Source: Octopus vulgaris
Taxonomy: Eukaryota
Reading direction: 5' to 3'
NCBI GenBank assembly: GCA_951406725.2
Contig: OX597823.1
Span: 34,038,001-34,102,000 of the forward strand
DNA length: 64,000 nucleotides
In this document: positions 11,930 through 24,529 of the stretch, piece by piece
Position numbering within the stretch: position 1 is the stretch's first letter
Layout: each line of letters begins with the position of its first letter
The notes under the pieces: model-generated
The model's database searches: none
The model's input: only the letters and a program-made list of their open reading frames with translations
What the model was told of the DNA's origin: nothing
Program-made: the position numbers and the translations under genes

Positions 11930-12105
11930 GAAATAAGATTAAGATTAATGTAAAAAATAAATATCACTGAAGCAAAATAACACCAAATATATAGTGCGTG
12001 TGTTTTTATTGGCTAAACTGGCAATATGACCATTCCGAAATATAACAATATCTGTTTCAACACACGACTTCACATAAAAAATCTTGCACAACAAATATTT
12101 AAACG

Positions 12106-12156
<51 letters not shown>

Positions 12157-12227
12157 GTATATATATATGTATGTATGTATATATATATATATGTATGTAT
12201 ATATATATATATATGTATGTATATACA

Positions 12228-12264
<37 letters not shown>

Positions 12265-12454
12265 GTGTGTATGTATATATTTTGATTTTTTTTCCCAGTT
12301 TCAGCTAATGAGCTGTGGCCATGCTGGGGCACCGCCATTATATATATGTATGTATATATATATATGTATATTTATACATGTCTATATACATAGATATGTA
12401 TCTATGTATGTATGTATATATCCGGCTGTTGTCATGTGTCTGTATGATGAAATA

Positions 12455-12778
12455 AACAAATAAACATCAGAGGTGCTTTGCACCCCATGGAGGTATTGCA
12501 GGAATTCCTCAGAGTTATCGCAGGTTCTTCTTGTGAATCCTTGGCAATGTTAGAAACGTTTCCGTATCATCAGCATAAATTTCAACCCTTAACCTGTTTG
12601 ATTTTTCTGCGCAGAGCAGAGTGGGGTAGACAGTAGTTAGTTGATCCTCACTGAAGGGTTCTTCTTTGTGATCAATTATCAGCCACTGCCACCTTGAGCT
12701 GGTTTCACCTGCCATGGCTATCTTCTTACTGATTTTCTTTGTTTCAGTTCCAGACCAATCTTCTGCAGCCAGCATTAG
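12455..12778 (-). mobile_element. 3' end fragment of an RLE-type non-LTR element (HERO-like)
   Basis: KKISKKIAMAGETSSRWQWL resembles the AExxSRWIW C-terminus of HERO/NeSL-type ORFs, followed by UTR-like sequence. Confidence 0.4.
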
Positions 12779-13237
12779 TTGTCTGTATATATCATTATTG
12801 TATATACACCCAGCTATAGCTGTATGTATATTGTTGCTTTGTTCTTGAACATTCCATCACCACCACCACCACCACCACCACCACCACCACCACCACCACA
12901 CCTCCACCACCAGCATTACCACTACTACTACCACGTCTACCATAATGAGCACTTGTACTACCACTACTACTACTACTACTACCTCTAACAACCCTCTCTA
13001 TCACTACTGCTCCTACTACATGCAGCCCCCATCATTAAAATCTCAACCATTACAATCTCTGCCACAATTACCACCACCACCACCATTACTACTACAACCA
13101 CTACCACTGCCTCAATAACTATTACTACCACCTCCTCCATCCCCACCTGTACCACTGCCACTACCCTGACCAACACCACCAAGACTCTCCACGAAGTCTA
13201 AAACCTAGCCATCAATGTCATTCTTTTCTCATTCCAG

Positions 13238-13326
13238 TTGTGGGAAGGTTTACATTATATGCGTCGGAAAAGTGGTGGAAGTATCCCACACCATTGTAGA
13301 ATTGTCCCAGTTCTTGGACCTCTGGG
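13238..13326 (+). CDS. PDE8: PDE8-like coding exon (PAS domain, second part)
   Basis: ttccag|TTG...GG|gtaagt; 89 nt, phase 0/2. Encodes LWEGLHYMRRKSGGSIPHHCRIVPVLGPLG (cf. PDE8 WQGVYYARRKSGDSI..ITPVIG). Confidence 0.9.
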
Positions 13327-16300
13327 GTAAGTAGACAAAGAACACCACAGCTGAACTTCATAAGGTGGGACATAAGGGTCAACATAGTACATTATTTGGG
13401 ACAGGGGTCAGCATGCTACACTACTGAGGTCCACATGGATTAACATGCAGACAGATGAGTGAACATGATGCACTATTAGGGGCAACATAAGTCAGCACAA
13501 TTAAGGACCCTATAGGCCAACATGCTGCAGTATTAAGGACTAAATAAGACAATAACCTATGTTATATAGAAGAAGGTCAGAGAATAAGATATATATCTAA
13601 AATGGGCCATAATTACATTAGTCTTTTTTATTTTACAATTAGTCAGAAGAAGGAGGGCGTTGTCCACAGAAGACTTTGCTGACTCAGATTGAGTGAAAGT
13701 TTAAGGGTAGCTTTGTGAATTTTGGAAAAATTTTGACCTGGATATGGCTCATCAAGAGATTAGTGTAGTTAAGGGTCCATCATAATCATCAGACTTACCC
13801 AACTAAAATGTTGGTAAAAATAATCAGGCATTATATGTTATTATACAAAATATTATCTGTCATCATTGTTGTCTAGATGTTATATAACATACAACATATT
13901 AACTGATATCATTGTTATGGAGATTTTTATGATGATGATGTGTATATATGAGAGACAGTGTGTACATGTAAGAGAGAGAGAGAGAAAGAGAGTGCATGTG
14001 CGTATGTGTGTGTGCATGTGTAAGTGATGTGGTCGGCATATTTGTGTGTGTGTGATAAGTATGTGTGTGTATGTATAAATGTGTATGTATAGATGTGTAT
14101 GTATTTATACATGTTGCACATATGTTTCCTGTGTATCGCATGTAATGTGTGTATACAATTGGTAAACCACTGCTGTTCCAGCTCACCACCACCACCACCA
14201 CCACCACCACCCCATCTGTTACCAACAGTCACAATCAAACAACAATCTCTGACATTTTAAACTGGCTTCTTACATTCTGATCTTTGTAGATTTATTCCAC
14301 ATCTTTTGTCTGCTACCGATACCATTGTCTATTCACCTGTCTACAAGACAGTTCTAGAATTTCTATCTAATCATTATCAAAATAATTAAACCACAAATGT
14401 CTCTGATTGATAAATGACAAAAACTGCAGCAGCTCTTGGAATAAACTGAAGCAAAAGCTTTTAAAAGAAATTAAACTGAGCTCTAGTACAGAACTCTTCT
14501 TGTTATTTCTGGTATGCAGGTGAGATGACTCACTGGATAAAATATAAGATGACCAACGTGTGGTTGCAAGTTCAAATCCACTGCAGATAGAGCACAAATT
14601 TCTGGACATTGTAACCCAAACTAATTTATCAGAAAGAACTGCAAGATCAATTTATTGGTACCCTGCACTGAACAGTACTTTGTATTAATAACCTTGCATC
14701 GTTTATATTTATGTAGAGGTACTTATATTTAATTTCATAATTTTAGCAAATTTAATATTTGTTTAATTTATTGTTTGTTGACCAAGTTGACATGCTCTGA
14801 ATTAAGCAAACATTAGATTTACTCGAATAATGACTTCAAGTTTTGGCACAAGGCCGGCAGCTTCAAGGGAGGGGATCGGTCAATTATATTGACCCCCAGT
14901 GATTAATTGGTACTTATTTTATCAACCCTAAAAGGATGAAATATGAAGTTGACCTCAGCAGAATTTGAACTAGGGATGTAAAGCCACAAAGCATTTTGCC
15001 TAGCTGACCACTTTACTAATAAACTTAAGAAATGAAATAAAAGGTGACCACCCCTGCTTCAGAAAATTTGGTAATCTGGAATGGGTTTGGAGTTAAGGGT
15101 TCCTGAAAATCGATGTTGTACCTGTGCAAATGTTCTATTTAGTTTTTGGTCAGATCTTTATCGGTCTGATACGACTGATTTCATGGTCAACTTAATTCTT
15201 TGAAATTATCCTTCTTGTGTCACATTTACCAAAGAACAGCTAAAATATTTCTGTTGTCGTCATCATCATCATCATCATCATCTTAATGTTCACTTTTCCA
15301 TGTTTGCATGGAATGGATGAAATTCATTGAAGCAGTTTTTCCACGGCTGGATACTCTTCCTGTCACCAATCCTCACTTGTTTCCAAGCAAGGTAATATCT
15401 CCCCATCGCCAGACATATTCTCACAGAATACTGGAAATGAAGGACATCACTTGTATAACAGTGACACTCATTTACAACTAAATAAGGAGACACACACACA
15501 CACACTCATGCATATGCATATATGATAGGGTACTTTGTTTCCAAGACCACTCATAAGGCTTTGGCTGGCCCAAGGCTATAGCAGAAGACACTAATCCAAA
15601 GTGCCACACATTGGGACTGAACCTTAAACCATGTATTCAGAAAGCAAACTTCTTAACCACACGCCCACCTTGCATCCACTAAAAATCAACCAAAGCATCC
15701 AATTATATTTGCCTTTCATTCTTCTAAGTGGAACAAAACAAAGTGCCATATTTTGGCATCTTTGTGATCATCTAAAAACCTCCTCCAAAAATCTGTCTGC
15801 ATCGTTGTTGCTTTTAGAATCCTTAGAGTTTTGGACATAATACTCTGTGGTATTTCTTCTGGCGCTTTGCATTCTAAGTTCAAATCACACAAAGGTCAAC
15901 TTTACAATTCACTACTCTGAGGTTGATAGAAAAAAGTACCAGGTTAATACTGGGTTCAATGTTATTGACCAACCACCCTGCCTCAAAACTGTCAGGGCCT
16001 TAATCAGAAACCATTATTACCACTGCCGCATCACTGACGATTGGCTCCTAGGATTTGCTCATGTAATTCTTAGGAATTGGTGTTCATGATTTAAGAACTG
16101 AAGTTTTTATTGTTTCTTTCTCTGTTGAAACTTTCAAATTGCAAGCGAGAGGTGCCAACTGTTATTAGCTGCTTGATTGGTTCAAGGAATGAAAGAGAAA
16201 GAATTCATTAATAAGAGACGAAAAGATTCAATGATAAAATAAAACTATTGTGTAATCAATGCACACTCACATACATATATACAGGTATGTGTGTATACAT

Positions 16301-16355
16301 ATCTATATAAACATACTCATGCACACACACTCACACACACAAACACCACACTCCA

Positions 16356-17520
16356 GAGCTGTTCTGAATGTAATGCAAAAGTAAAGTTTAACATTTTTAT
16401 TAACTAACATAGGTCATTCAAATTGCACACGCTGGTATGAACAACTTTTCCTCTGTTTAAAGGTTCTACTCAATATAGTCTCCATTGCAAACAATGAATT
16501 TGTACCATCAGTGAATTGAACTTGTGACTTGTCTTTCAAAAATTCAGCTGTGCCCTCTTGTTCTCTCCACTTCTTCACAACTACTTTTACTTTGTCTATT
16601 TTATCAACTTCTTGTCCCTAAAGACTCCTCCTCATTATACTAATCAAGTGAAAGTTAGGGGCACCATATCTTCTATGTTACACAATGGATGAGGAACCAC
16701 TGACCAGCCTAATTTGCCAATTGAGGATTTGGTGCCAAATACGTACATGATCAAGCATTATCATGGTGAATGTGAGTCATTTTCAGAGTCTTCTTCTGTC
16801 ATTTCCTCCTAATGGTTTCTCTATGCTTTTCAAGTGCCTCAAAGTACTGCTCAATGTTTACAGTAAAGCCTTGTTCCCAGAAAACAAGGAGAATGATGCC
16901 CTTGTCATATGAGAAAACAATTGCCATAACTTTCTGTGACAATCACTGGCGCTTGAACTTCTAAAGCCTGAGAGAAGATGTGTGGCATCATTGTGTAGAG
17001 TGAGCCCACAATTCCAGATCATTAAGATATGTATGAGTTTCATCTTCTTTCATTAACTTGGGAAAAAACATGTCTTCATTGGCTTCAAGTGCTCCCAGCA
17101 AAACAAAGCAGACTTTCACCATTCTCTCCTTCATGCTGGGTGCCAACTACTGAAGTACGCATTTTACACAATTTCCAATGTCCAAAACCTTCAACAATGC
17201 TCTGTAATGTTTTATGCCCACAGTCCAGTTGTACAACAAACGCATGGATTGTGTTTGGTCCACCCTCATCAAACAATTCCTACACTTGCCAGTGATTCAT
17301 GGCAATTGTTGCAGTTGATTGTCTTCAATGCTGATTTCCCCTTCTTTAAATTTTTCTATTCGTCTGTGGACATTGCTGCTGCCAATAATGTCAGCTCTGT
17401 AAACAATCCATAACATTCTGTGGGTAGTGGACTACCTGCACCTCTCTTTGATCAAGAATTCAATGAGAGCACACTGCTTCTACTTTTGAATCCATTATTT
17501 GCTTGCAATGAAAAAGAATA
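16356..17520 (-). mobile_element. Decayed mariner transposon
   Basis: Minus-strand remnants HDNA (~16750-16766) and VVPHPLC..D..P.NFHL (decayed HPPYSPDLAPSDFHLF). Many stops; boundaries approximate. Confidence 0.65.
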
Positions 17521-18019
17521 GGAACCTGTGATATCATCATCATCATCATCATCATCATTTAATGCCTGCTTTCCATGCTGGCATGAGTTGGACAGTCTGA
17601 CTGAGGACTGGCAAGTCAGGAGGCTGCATCAGGCTCCAATCTGATCTGGCAAGGTTTCTACAGTTGGATGCCTTTCTTAATGCCAACCACTCTGAGAGTG
17701 TAGTGGGTGCTTTTTATGTGCCACCAGCACGAGGGCCAGTCAGGCAGTTCTGGCATTGACCACACTTGAATGGTGCTTTTTATGTGCCACCAGCATGGGA
17801 GCCAGTCAGGCGGCACTGGCAATGACCATGCTCAAATAGTGCTTTTTACGTGCCACCAGCATGGGAGCCAGTCAGGCAGCAATCCACTTTTGCATTACTT
17901 AAGCTAGACCCATCATATCTATCCATCCAGGTAACTATCTGTCTGTTTGTCTATTTAAATGGTCATCCATCTATTCATCTGACCATCTATGTATCTGTCT
18001 ATCCATCCATCCATCCATC

Positions 18020-18122
<103 letters not shown>

Positions 18123-18124
18123 AC

Positions 18125-18515
18125 CGATAAGGGTGAGAAAATTGGGTACTAAATTAATAGCACATCCATTTACCACCAAGTGGCTTAGTGCATACAAAAA
18201 CCCGGATTACAACACATTTTATACATAAATATAAGAGAGTGACCACCATGTGGTCTACTCTAGCACTAAAAATAGATCCGCAAGGTTTCAGCCACAAAAG
18301 AAATTGTTTCCGTTGAAAGTTAGCACTACAACCAGCGCAAATGAACAGGGCAAATACACATAACAAAATGTAGATTAGTTCGAGACAATTGTTTCACTAT
18401 TAATAAATTATGTGGTTTTACTTACATAAATTTATCTGTAGCTCCTCAGCTGAACTCGATCTATTTTTAGTGCTAGAGTAGACCACATGGTGGTCACTCT
18501 CTTATATTTATGTAT
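18125..18515 (-). mobile_element. Fold-back mini-element with 58-bp inverted arms and hammerhead
   Basis: 18221-18278 is the reverse complement of 18458-18515, with an HHR between the arms and (TA)n flanks. Confidence 0.8.
18377..18456 (-). ncRNA. Type I hammerhead ribozyme, canonical core
   Basis: AGUUCAG CUGAGGA GCUA-[AUAAAUUUAUGU..ACAUAAUUUAU]-UAGU GAAAC AAUU GUC^UCGAACU. All core nucleotides are present, stem III is palindromic and the cleavage triplet is GUC. Confidence 0.85.
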
Positions 18516-18518
18516 ATA

Positions 18519-18566
<48 letters not shown>

Positions 18567-18662
18567 TAATCCAATCAAGAAAACACCAAAAAACACAACA
18601 ACGCGAGGACGGGGAACAAATAAAGTATTATTGGACGCTCAGGAAAGAAGGGAAGAAGGAGG

Positions 18663-18697
18663 GTTTAACGTTTCGAGCGGAGCTCTTCGACAGAAAC
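18663..18697 (-). ncRNA. Minimal hammerhead variant (CUGUCGA core) within a short repeat at ~18562-18745
   Basis: GUUU CUGUCGA A GAGC-UCC-GCUC GAAA CG UU AAAC. Stems I and II are intact and stem III is palindromic (AACGUU). Confidence 0.7.
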
Positions 18698-18742
18698 ATA
18701 GGAGAAGGAAAGATCCTGAGAAGGGAAGACAGAGGAAAAAAA

Positions 18743-18802
<60 letters not shown>

Positions 18803-18837
18803 TATATATATGTATTTATATTTATATATATATATAG

Positions 18838-19008
18838 ATCGTTAGCCACTACACATTTTTTTCTCTCCTTGTTTTCTGTGTCCCTTTCTATAGAAGAGCG
18901 TAGGCTCGAAGTGTAAAAGACTTTTTCTATTCCTGAGCATTATACTAATACATCTGTTTGTTTTGTACACCACCTGTCTTCGTCTTTTGTTTTTTTTCCG
19001 TAAACTCT

Positions 19009-19012
<4 letters not shown>
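18838..19012 (+). mobile_element. Short HHR-bearing repeat (CUGUNGA family), ribozyme decayed
   Basis: Closely similar to 54627-54812. 18884-18919 reads cuuu CUAUAGA A GAGC-GUAG-GCUC GAAGUGUA aaag. Confidence 0.65.
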
Positions 19013-19062
<50 letters not shown>

Positions 19063-20093
19063 GTCTATCTATCTATCTATCTATCTATCGCTGTCTGTCT
19101 CTCTGCCTCTCTGCCTCTTTGTCTGTTTGTATGTATGTATGTATTCTCACAAGAGAAACAGTACTCAAACTCTCTTGAAGAGTTTACTTGTACAAAGCTG
19201 GCGAGTCGTTCTGTGATTAATCAGAGTTAATTATTCAGTGCGATCTTTCAGATAATAAACAACATTTAATGATGGATTGGGCTGTAATTTAACGTAGATT
19301 AGCTGGAAACCACTTCAGCCTAGATATTTTTTTTATTGGCTACATGAGACCACATGGTGTGATAATTCTCTGTCCTGATGTGTGTTAAGGAATCAATGAG
19401 GGAATAGCTGTACCTTTTTCTTTGCCCATAGATCTATTTGTTATATTGCATTTACACATAGAAATATGACTTATGGCAGGTAAGAACAACTTACAACTTT
19501 TGTCCTTCTTGTTTCGTATAATTATTTCAAACAGTTGTTATACAGAATAAAATCTGAAAAAAAAAAACTAATCTAAAGAAAGGCATTGTTGCTTAAAGCA
19601 TATTTTCTTGTTTTCTTTTAATTTATGCTTCAGTTTCTCATTTCTCTATTTCTTTTTATTGAGATCAGCAACGATTTGTTGCTTGTAAAAGCATATAGTA
19701 TTTTGTGAGTGGAGTGAGTTTCCACCACTAGCTGGTGATTAACACACACTGAGGATGGGTAACCACTCTGAAACTTGAGTCCATGTGTATCACGTAAGGC
19801 TAGAGATGGGAGCAATGACCTCCCCTTGCAAATACTAATCAGACACAGAATGTGTGTCATTAGCCAGCTAGAAGAGATGTCTTCTTGGGGTTATAAACGT
19901 CAATAGCACTGTCTCGTATAGGATGCCACACCTGGTTGACAATTATATGTTACAAAATATATTACATTTTGTTCTATCTTCAAAGCATGCCTTACATATC
20001 TTTGAGAACATGTTAGATGTAGCTATTACCGTGTTGTGTCTAAGAGATGTTTCAAACTTCAGCAAAAATTATATGTAACTAAAACTGTGTTGT

Positions 20094-20383
20094 AGTAAAG
20101 ATCGTTTGCCAATTTAACATGACAGTCCTGGTTTAGGATGAATGTTGCTGTAATTTAGCCCCAGGAGATATCGTCTTCAGCTGGCTATACAACATGATCT
20201 GTGTCCTTATATTTTCGAACAAGATCATGTCATATAGCCAACTGGAGGCGATGTCTCCTGGGGCTAAATTACAGCAACATTAGTCCTAAACCAGGACTGC
20301 CATGTTATGTTGGCAAACAATCTTTACTCCAAAGCACTGTTGCTGAATATCTCTCGTTGAGAGATTTACAAATAGTAATTTTC
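20094..20383. mobile_element. Palindromic MITE-like element (internally deleted copy)
   Basis: Arms ~20094-20200 and ~20223-20328 plus a one-sided extension. Same family as 30751-31247. Flanked by the direct repeat CTAAAACTGTGTTGT. Confidence 0.8.
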
Positions 20384-20494
20384 TAAAACTGTGTTGTTTT
20401 CTAAGACCTATCATATCCTTTAGCAAGTGTTAGCTACAACCATTGTTGTATCCTAAGACCCACCATTTCTCTTGTCTTATGTTTTTCTTTCCAG

Positions 20495-20589
20495 GAAAGT
20501 TATGTATTATGTTTCTGTGAAAAACAATCATGAACTATTTTTTAATCAACTCCGAGATGGTGATCTGAGTGGAAGTCAGCTGGCCAATG
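20495..20589 (+). CDS. PDE8: PDE8-like coding exon (end of PAS/linker)
   Basis: ttccag|G AAA GTT...AAT G|gtaagt; 95 nt, phase 2/1. Encodes (G)KVMYYVSVKNNHELFFNQLRDGDLSGSQLAN; phases match both neighbours. Confidence 0.85.
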
Positions 20590-20821
20590 GTAAGTTGGAC
20601 CATTTCTATGTGTATTGACTGTCCTGTCTATTTACACCTGTATCTTTCACATAGGTGTAAATATAATGTACACAGTCTTTAACACAGGTGTACATGTAAT
20701 GTATGCTGTCTTTGACTTGGGTGACAATGTGTGGGATACGACACTTGACACATTAATAAAACCCATGTCTTCAATGTTTTTTGATATCATATATACATAC
20801 ACATACACACTTTTCACATGT

Positions 20822-21058
20822 TTCAGTTATTTGATTGTGGACATGCTAGAGTACTGCCTTCAGTCAAACAAATCGACCCCAGGACTTATTCTTTGTAAGC
20901 CTAGTACTTATTCTATCAGCCAGTTTTGCTGAACTGCTAAGTTACAGGGACATAGACACACCAACATTGGTTGTCAAGCAATAGAGGGGGACAAATACAG
21001 ACACACAAAGATATACACACAGAAACATACACACACATACACCCACCCACCCACACAT

Positions 21059-21089
<31 letters not shown>

Positions 21090-21095
21090 TACACA

Positions 21096-21151
<56 letters not shown>

Positions 21152-21312
21152 CGATGGGTGGCTTCTTTCAGTTTCCGTCTAACAAATCCACTCACAAGGC
21201 TTTAGTCAGTCTGAGGCTATAGTAGAAGACACTTGCCCAAGGTGTCACATAGTGGGACTGAACCTGGAACCATGTGGTTGGGAAGCAAGCTTCTTACCAC
21301 ATAGCCATGCCT
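20822..21312 (-). mobile_element. tRNA-type SINE
   Basis: Reverse complement of the ggc(a)caggagtggctgtgtggtaag..ggttcagtcccactg..ccttgggcaagtgtcttctactatagcc family, with A/B-box-like head and internal microsatellite. Confidence 0.8.
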
Positions 21313-22115
21313 ACACATTCTCACTTAGATCCACATACTCCCTCACACACATACGCACACTCTCACTCTCTCTCTATCTCTGTCTCATAAGTAGCAGTGT
21401 TACATATAATAGTGCAGGCCACAGTGGTGTTGAGGGATAGTGGTTGTGCTATGTGAGAGTCTATGTCGTAGTAGTGCTGGGTATTAGTAGTGTTATATGC
21501 AAGTACAGATTGCTGTAGTGTTGGCTATAGTAGTATTGGGTGGTAGTAGTGTTGTGTGACAGTGTAGGTTGTAGTAGTGTTGGATGAGAGTACATTAATA
21601 TCATGTGAGTATGTATAGACTGCAGTAGTTCTGGATGGTGGTAGTGGTGGTGCTGGTACTGGTTGTAGTAGTGGTGGTGGTGGTGGTGGTGGTGGTGGTA
21701 TCTGTCAGTGTGTGCTGTAGCAGTATTGAATACTGTTAGTGTTATGTACAAATGTGTGGGCTGTAGTTATGCTGTGTGGCACTAGGTGTAATGGCAAGTG
21801 TTAGAGTGTAAGCTGTAGTACTGTTGGGTAATGGTTTTAGTGTTATATGAGAGAGTGTAGGCCACAGTACTGTTTTATGGAAGTAGTGTTTGTTGGTGGT
21901 TGACAGTAGTAGTAGTAGTAGTGGTGGTGGTGGTGGTGGTGTCATGTGTGAGAGTGTTAGCTGTAATAACCTAACAACAAAATCTTCAGTCTTCTAATGT
22001 TTTATGAATCCTTTTACTCATTGCTGAATCCTTAACACTGCTCCCTATTCAAGGGTCTGAATAGGGGGCAGTGATTATTGCACTCAGCCTTAATATTATC
22101 TTCTCTGTCCCCTAG

Positions 22116-22195
22116 GTGCTGTGCAGGGTCTGAATCGACACCGAGAATCATTATCTAAAATGCAATCAGTTTTAGTTGAAGCACCCATTAACAAA
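22116..22195 (+). CDS. PDE8: PDE8-like coding exon (linker)
   Basis: ccctag|GT...AAA|gtgagt; 80 nt, phase 1/0. Encodes GAVQGLNRHRESLSKMQSVLVEAPINK (cf. PDE8 ..SMARIHSMTIEAPITK). Confidence 0.88.
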
Positions 22196-22664
22196 GTGAG
22201 TAATTATTACTGTTATTAATTATTGCATTACTGGTCATCTATTACTCCCTGCATTCACCCTTCAACCCTACCCAATCGTTACAGTTGTTGCCTACCTCTG
22301 GTTTCTCCCCATCTCTTGTTGTCCCGTATGCTCTTTGTAAACCCTCACTCCAAGTTCCTCTGTCCCAACTCACTTCTACTCACCTCGTACATTGAAGAGC
22401 CACTTGGGCTGCCACTTCTGCTAATCCTTTACAGCCTCTCCTCTAAACTTGATAGCCATGTAGTTACTTTAGAAGAACCTGCTCATCCACACACCCACAG
22501 GTTTTGTGGACTTTGGAGTGCATGGCAACCCCACTTGTGCCTCCTGTCTCATGGAAAAATACACCCAAGACAAACTGTAAAGTGGTTGGTGTTAGGAAGG
22601 TTAACCAGTCGTAGAAACCATACCAAAACAGACACTGGATCATAATGCACCTTGGACACATCAG

Positions 22665-22953
22665 TAACCAACACATCGGTTGGACCACATTTAGAGCTTA
22701 TTTTTTAATACAAAGCATGACTTAACAAAATAGGTGACGTAACATATCTTTTGAATGCCTTATGAAGATGAAGAACTTTATTCTCGCACTTATGTTTCGA
22801 CTGCATTTTGGCAATCCGATCAGTAATGGCTGTAAGATATATTACATCACCTATATTGTTATGGCCTGCTTTGTATTAAAAAATAAGCTATAAATGTGGT
22901 CCAGTCGATGTGTTGGTTAATCTGTGGTTTTCTCCCTTTTCTAATTATTTGCA

Positions 22954-22960
<7 letters not shown>
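22665..22960. mobile_element. Fold-back mini-element with decayed hammerhead in spacer
   Basis: Arms ~22665-22750 and ~22833-22919. Minus strand 22786-22830 reads CUGAUCG GAUUGC-CAAAAU-GCAGUC GAAAC AUA AGUGC. Confidence 0.6.
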
Positions 22961-23052
<92 letters not shown>

Positions 23053-23284
23053 TACATACACACACTTAATGCATGCTTGTGTATTTACTTGAAGTTTCGT
23101 GTTAACTCTTTCGAAAATTATTTGATTTGGAAAGTGAAAAGTGGTAACATGAAACCCACTCAGAGTAAACAATGATGAAAATCTGTTTTATTTGCTTTTA
23201 CGGTTCTGGAATGAAGAAAGCAATCTTCTACTCTTGTACATAGAGTAGAAGAATTGTTCAAAATTCCATTTATATATACACATG

Positions 23285-23329
<45 letters not shown>

Positions 23330-23370
23330 GTATGTGTATATATATATATATATATATGTGTGTATGTATT

Positions 23371-23466
<96 letters not shown>

Positions 23467-23540
23467 CATATACTCATACATATATATATATATGTATGTA
23501 TTATATGTATATGCATATATGCATATCTATGAAAACATAT
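22938..23540. repeat. Representative (TA)n/(TATG)n microsatellite field
   Basis: Pure (TA)n over 100 nt at 22941-23048. Comparable tracts at 8355-8680, 12105-12262, 38018-38094 and 58164-58271. Also (CA)n at 33307-33412, (CT)n at 23975-24058, (AAT)n at 61113-61201 and (TCTA)n at 18018-18090. Confidence 0.95.
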
Positions 23541-23619
23541 TATACACATACATGCGTATACACACACACACATTTCTGTCTTTATTAATGTATCTCCTTG
23601 CTTCTACATTTGTATTTCT

Positions 23620-23660
<41 letters not shown>

Positions 23661-23973
23661 CTTGTTACCATATATGTCTGTGTGCTTATTGTTGACTGAA
23701 TCTCTGGCATAATCCAATCAAATTTCCCTCAAAATTAATTTCCTTGCTTCGATGCCATTTTTGTAATAATTGTCTTTGATTGCTATTCTCTTGTTGCGTA
23801 AAACAACCTTTTACTGTTGCACCCATCGTGTCCTTCACTTAAACATTACATGCTAATATATTACCTCAAAACAATTCTCTCGAACTCCTTCCCTTCTTCT
23901 CTCACTCTATTTTTCTCTCTTCTGCCTGCTCCCCCTCTCTCTCTAGCTATCTTTTCATCTGTTCATCTGTTCA

Positions 23974-24064
<91 letters not shown>

Positions 24065-24146
24065 TTATTTATCTGTCTATTTATTGCAATATCTCATAGC
24101 TTCTATCTATTCATCTGTCTGTTTGTGTCTATCACTTCAACCTTCC

Positions 24147-24208
<62 letters not shown>

Positions 24209-24232
24209 ATATATATATATATATATATTTAT

Positions 24233-24285
<53 letters not shown>

Positions 24286-24529
24286 CATGCATGCATCCAT
24301 CCATCTTTCTCTTTCTCTTTCTCTTTCTCTCTCTATCTCACTCTCTGTCTTTCAATCTTACCCACACATCCTCAAATATACACATGAGCTTACTCAAACC
24401 ACTTTATGCACACACACACACGACATAGCCATCACTGGGCCATAACATTTTCAATGCCTTTTTCTGCACTCCATACATTGAAAACTCTTACAAATTCTGG
24501 TTGTGATGTCTCCCTCCCTTTGATTTCAG

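Larger units (their letters stand above)
9190..12104 (+). mobile_element. Young 5'-truncated Penelope-like element with inverted 3' copy (fold-back)
   Basis: 9190-10274 is the near-exact reverse complement of 10969-12051. The element contains a GIY-YIG ORF and an HHR-like motif in each arm, and sits in (TA)n-rich sequence. Confidence 0.92.

Noticed and set aside
11364-12051. Selenocysteine read-through or SECIS in the PLE
   Set aside because: The visible ORF has no internal UGA, the terminal TGA is followed two codons later by TAG, and I saw no convincing SECIS.
12545-12580. Minus-strand CTGATGA-TACG-GAAACGTT as a hammerhead
   Set aside because: There is no stem II and no stem I pairing, so it was not counted.
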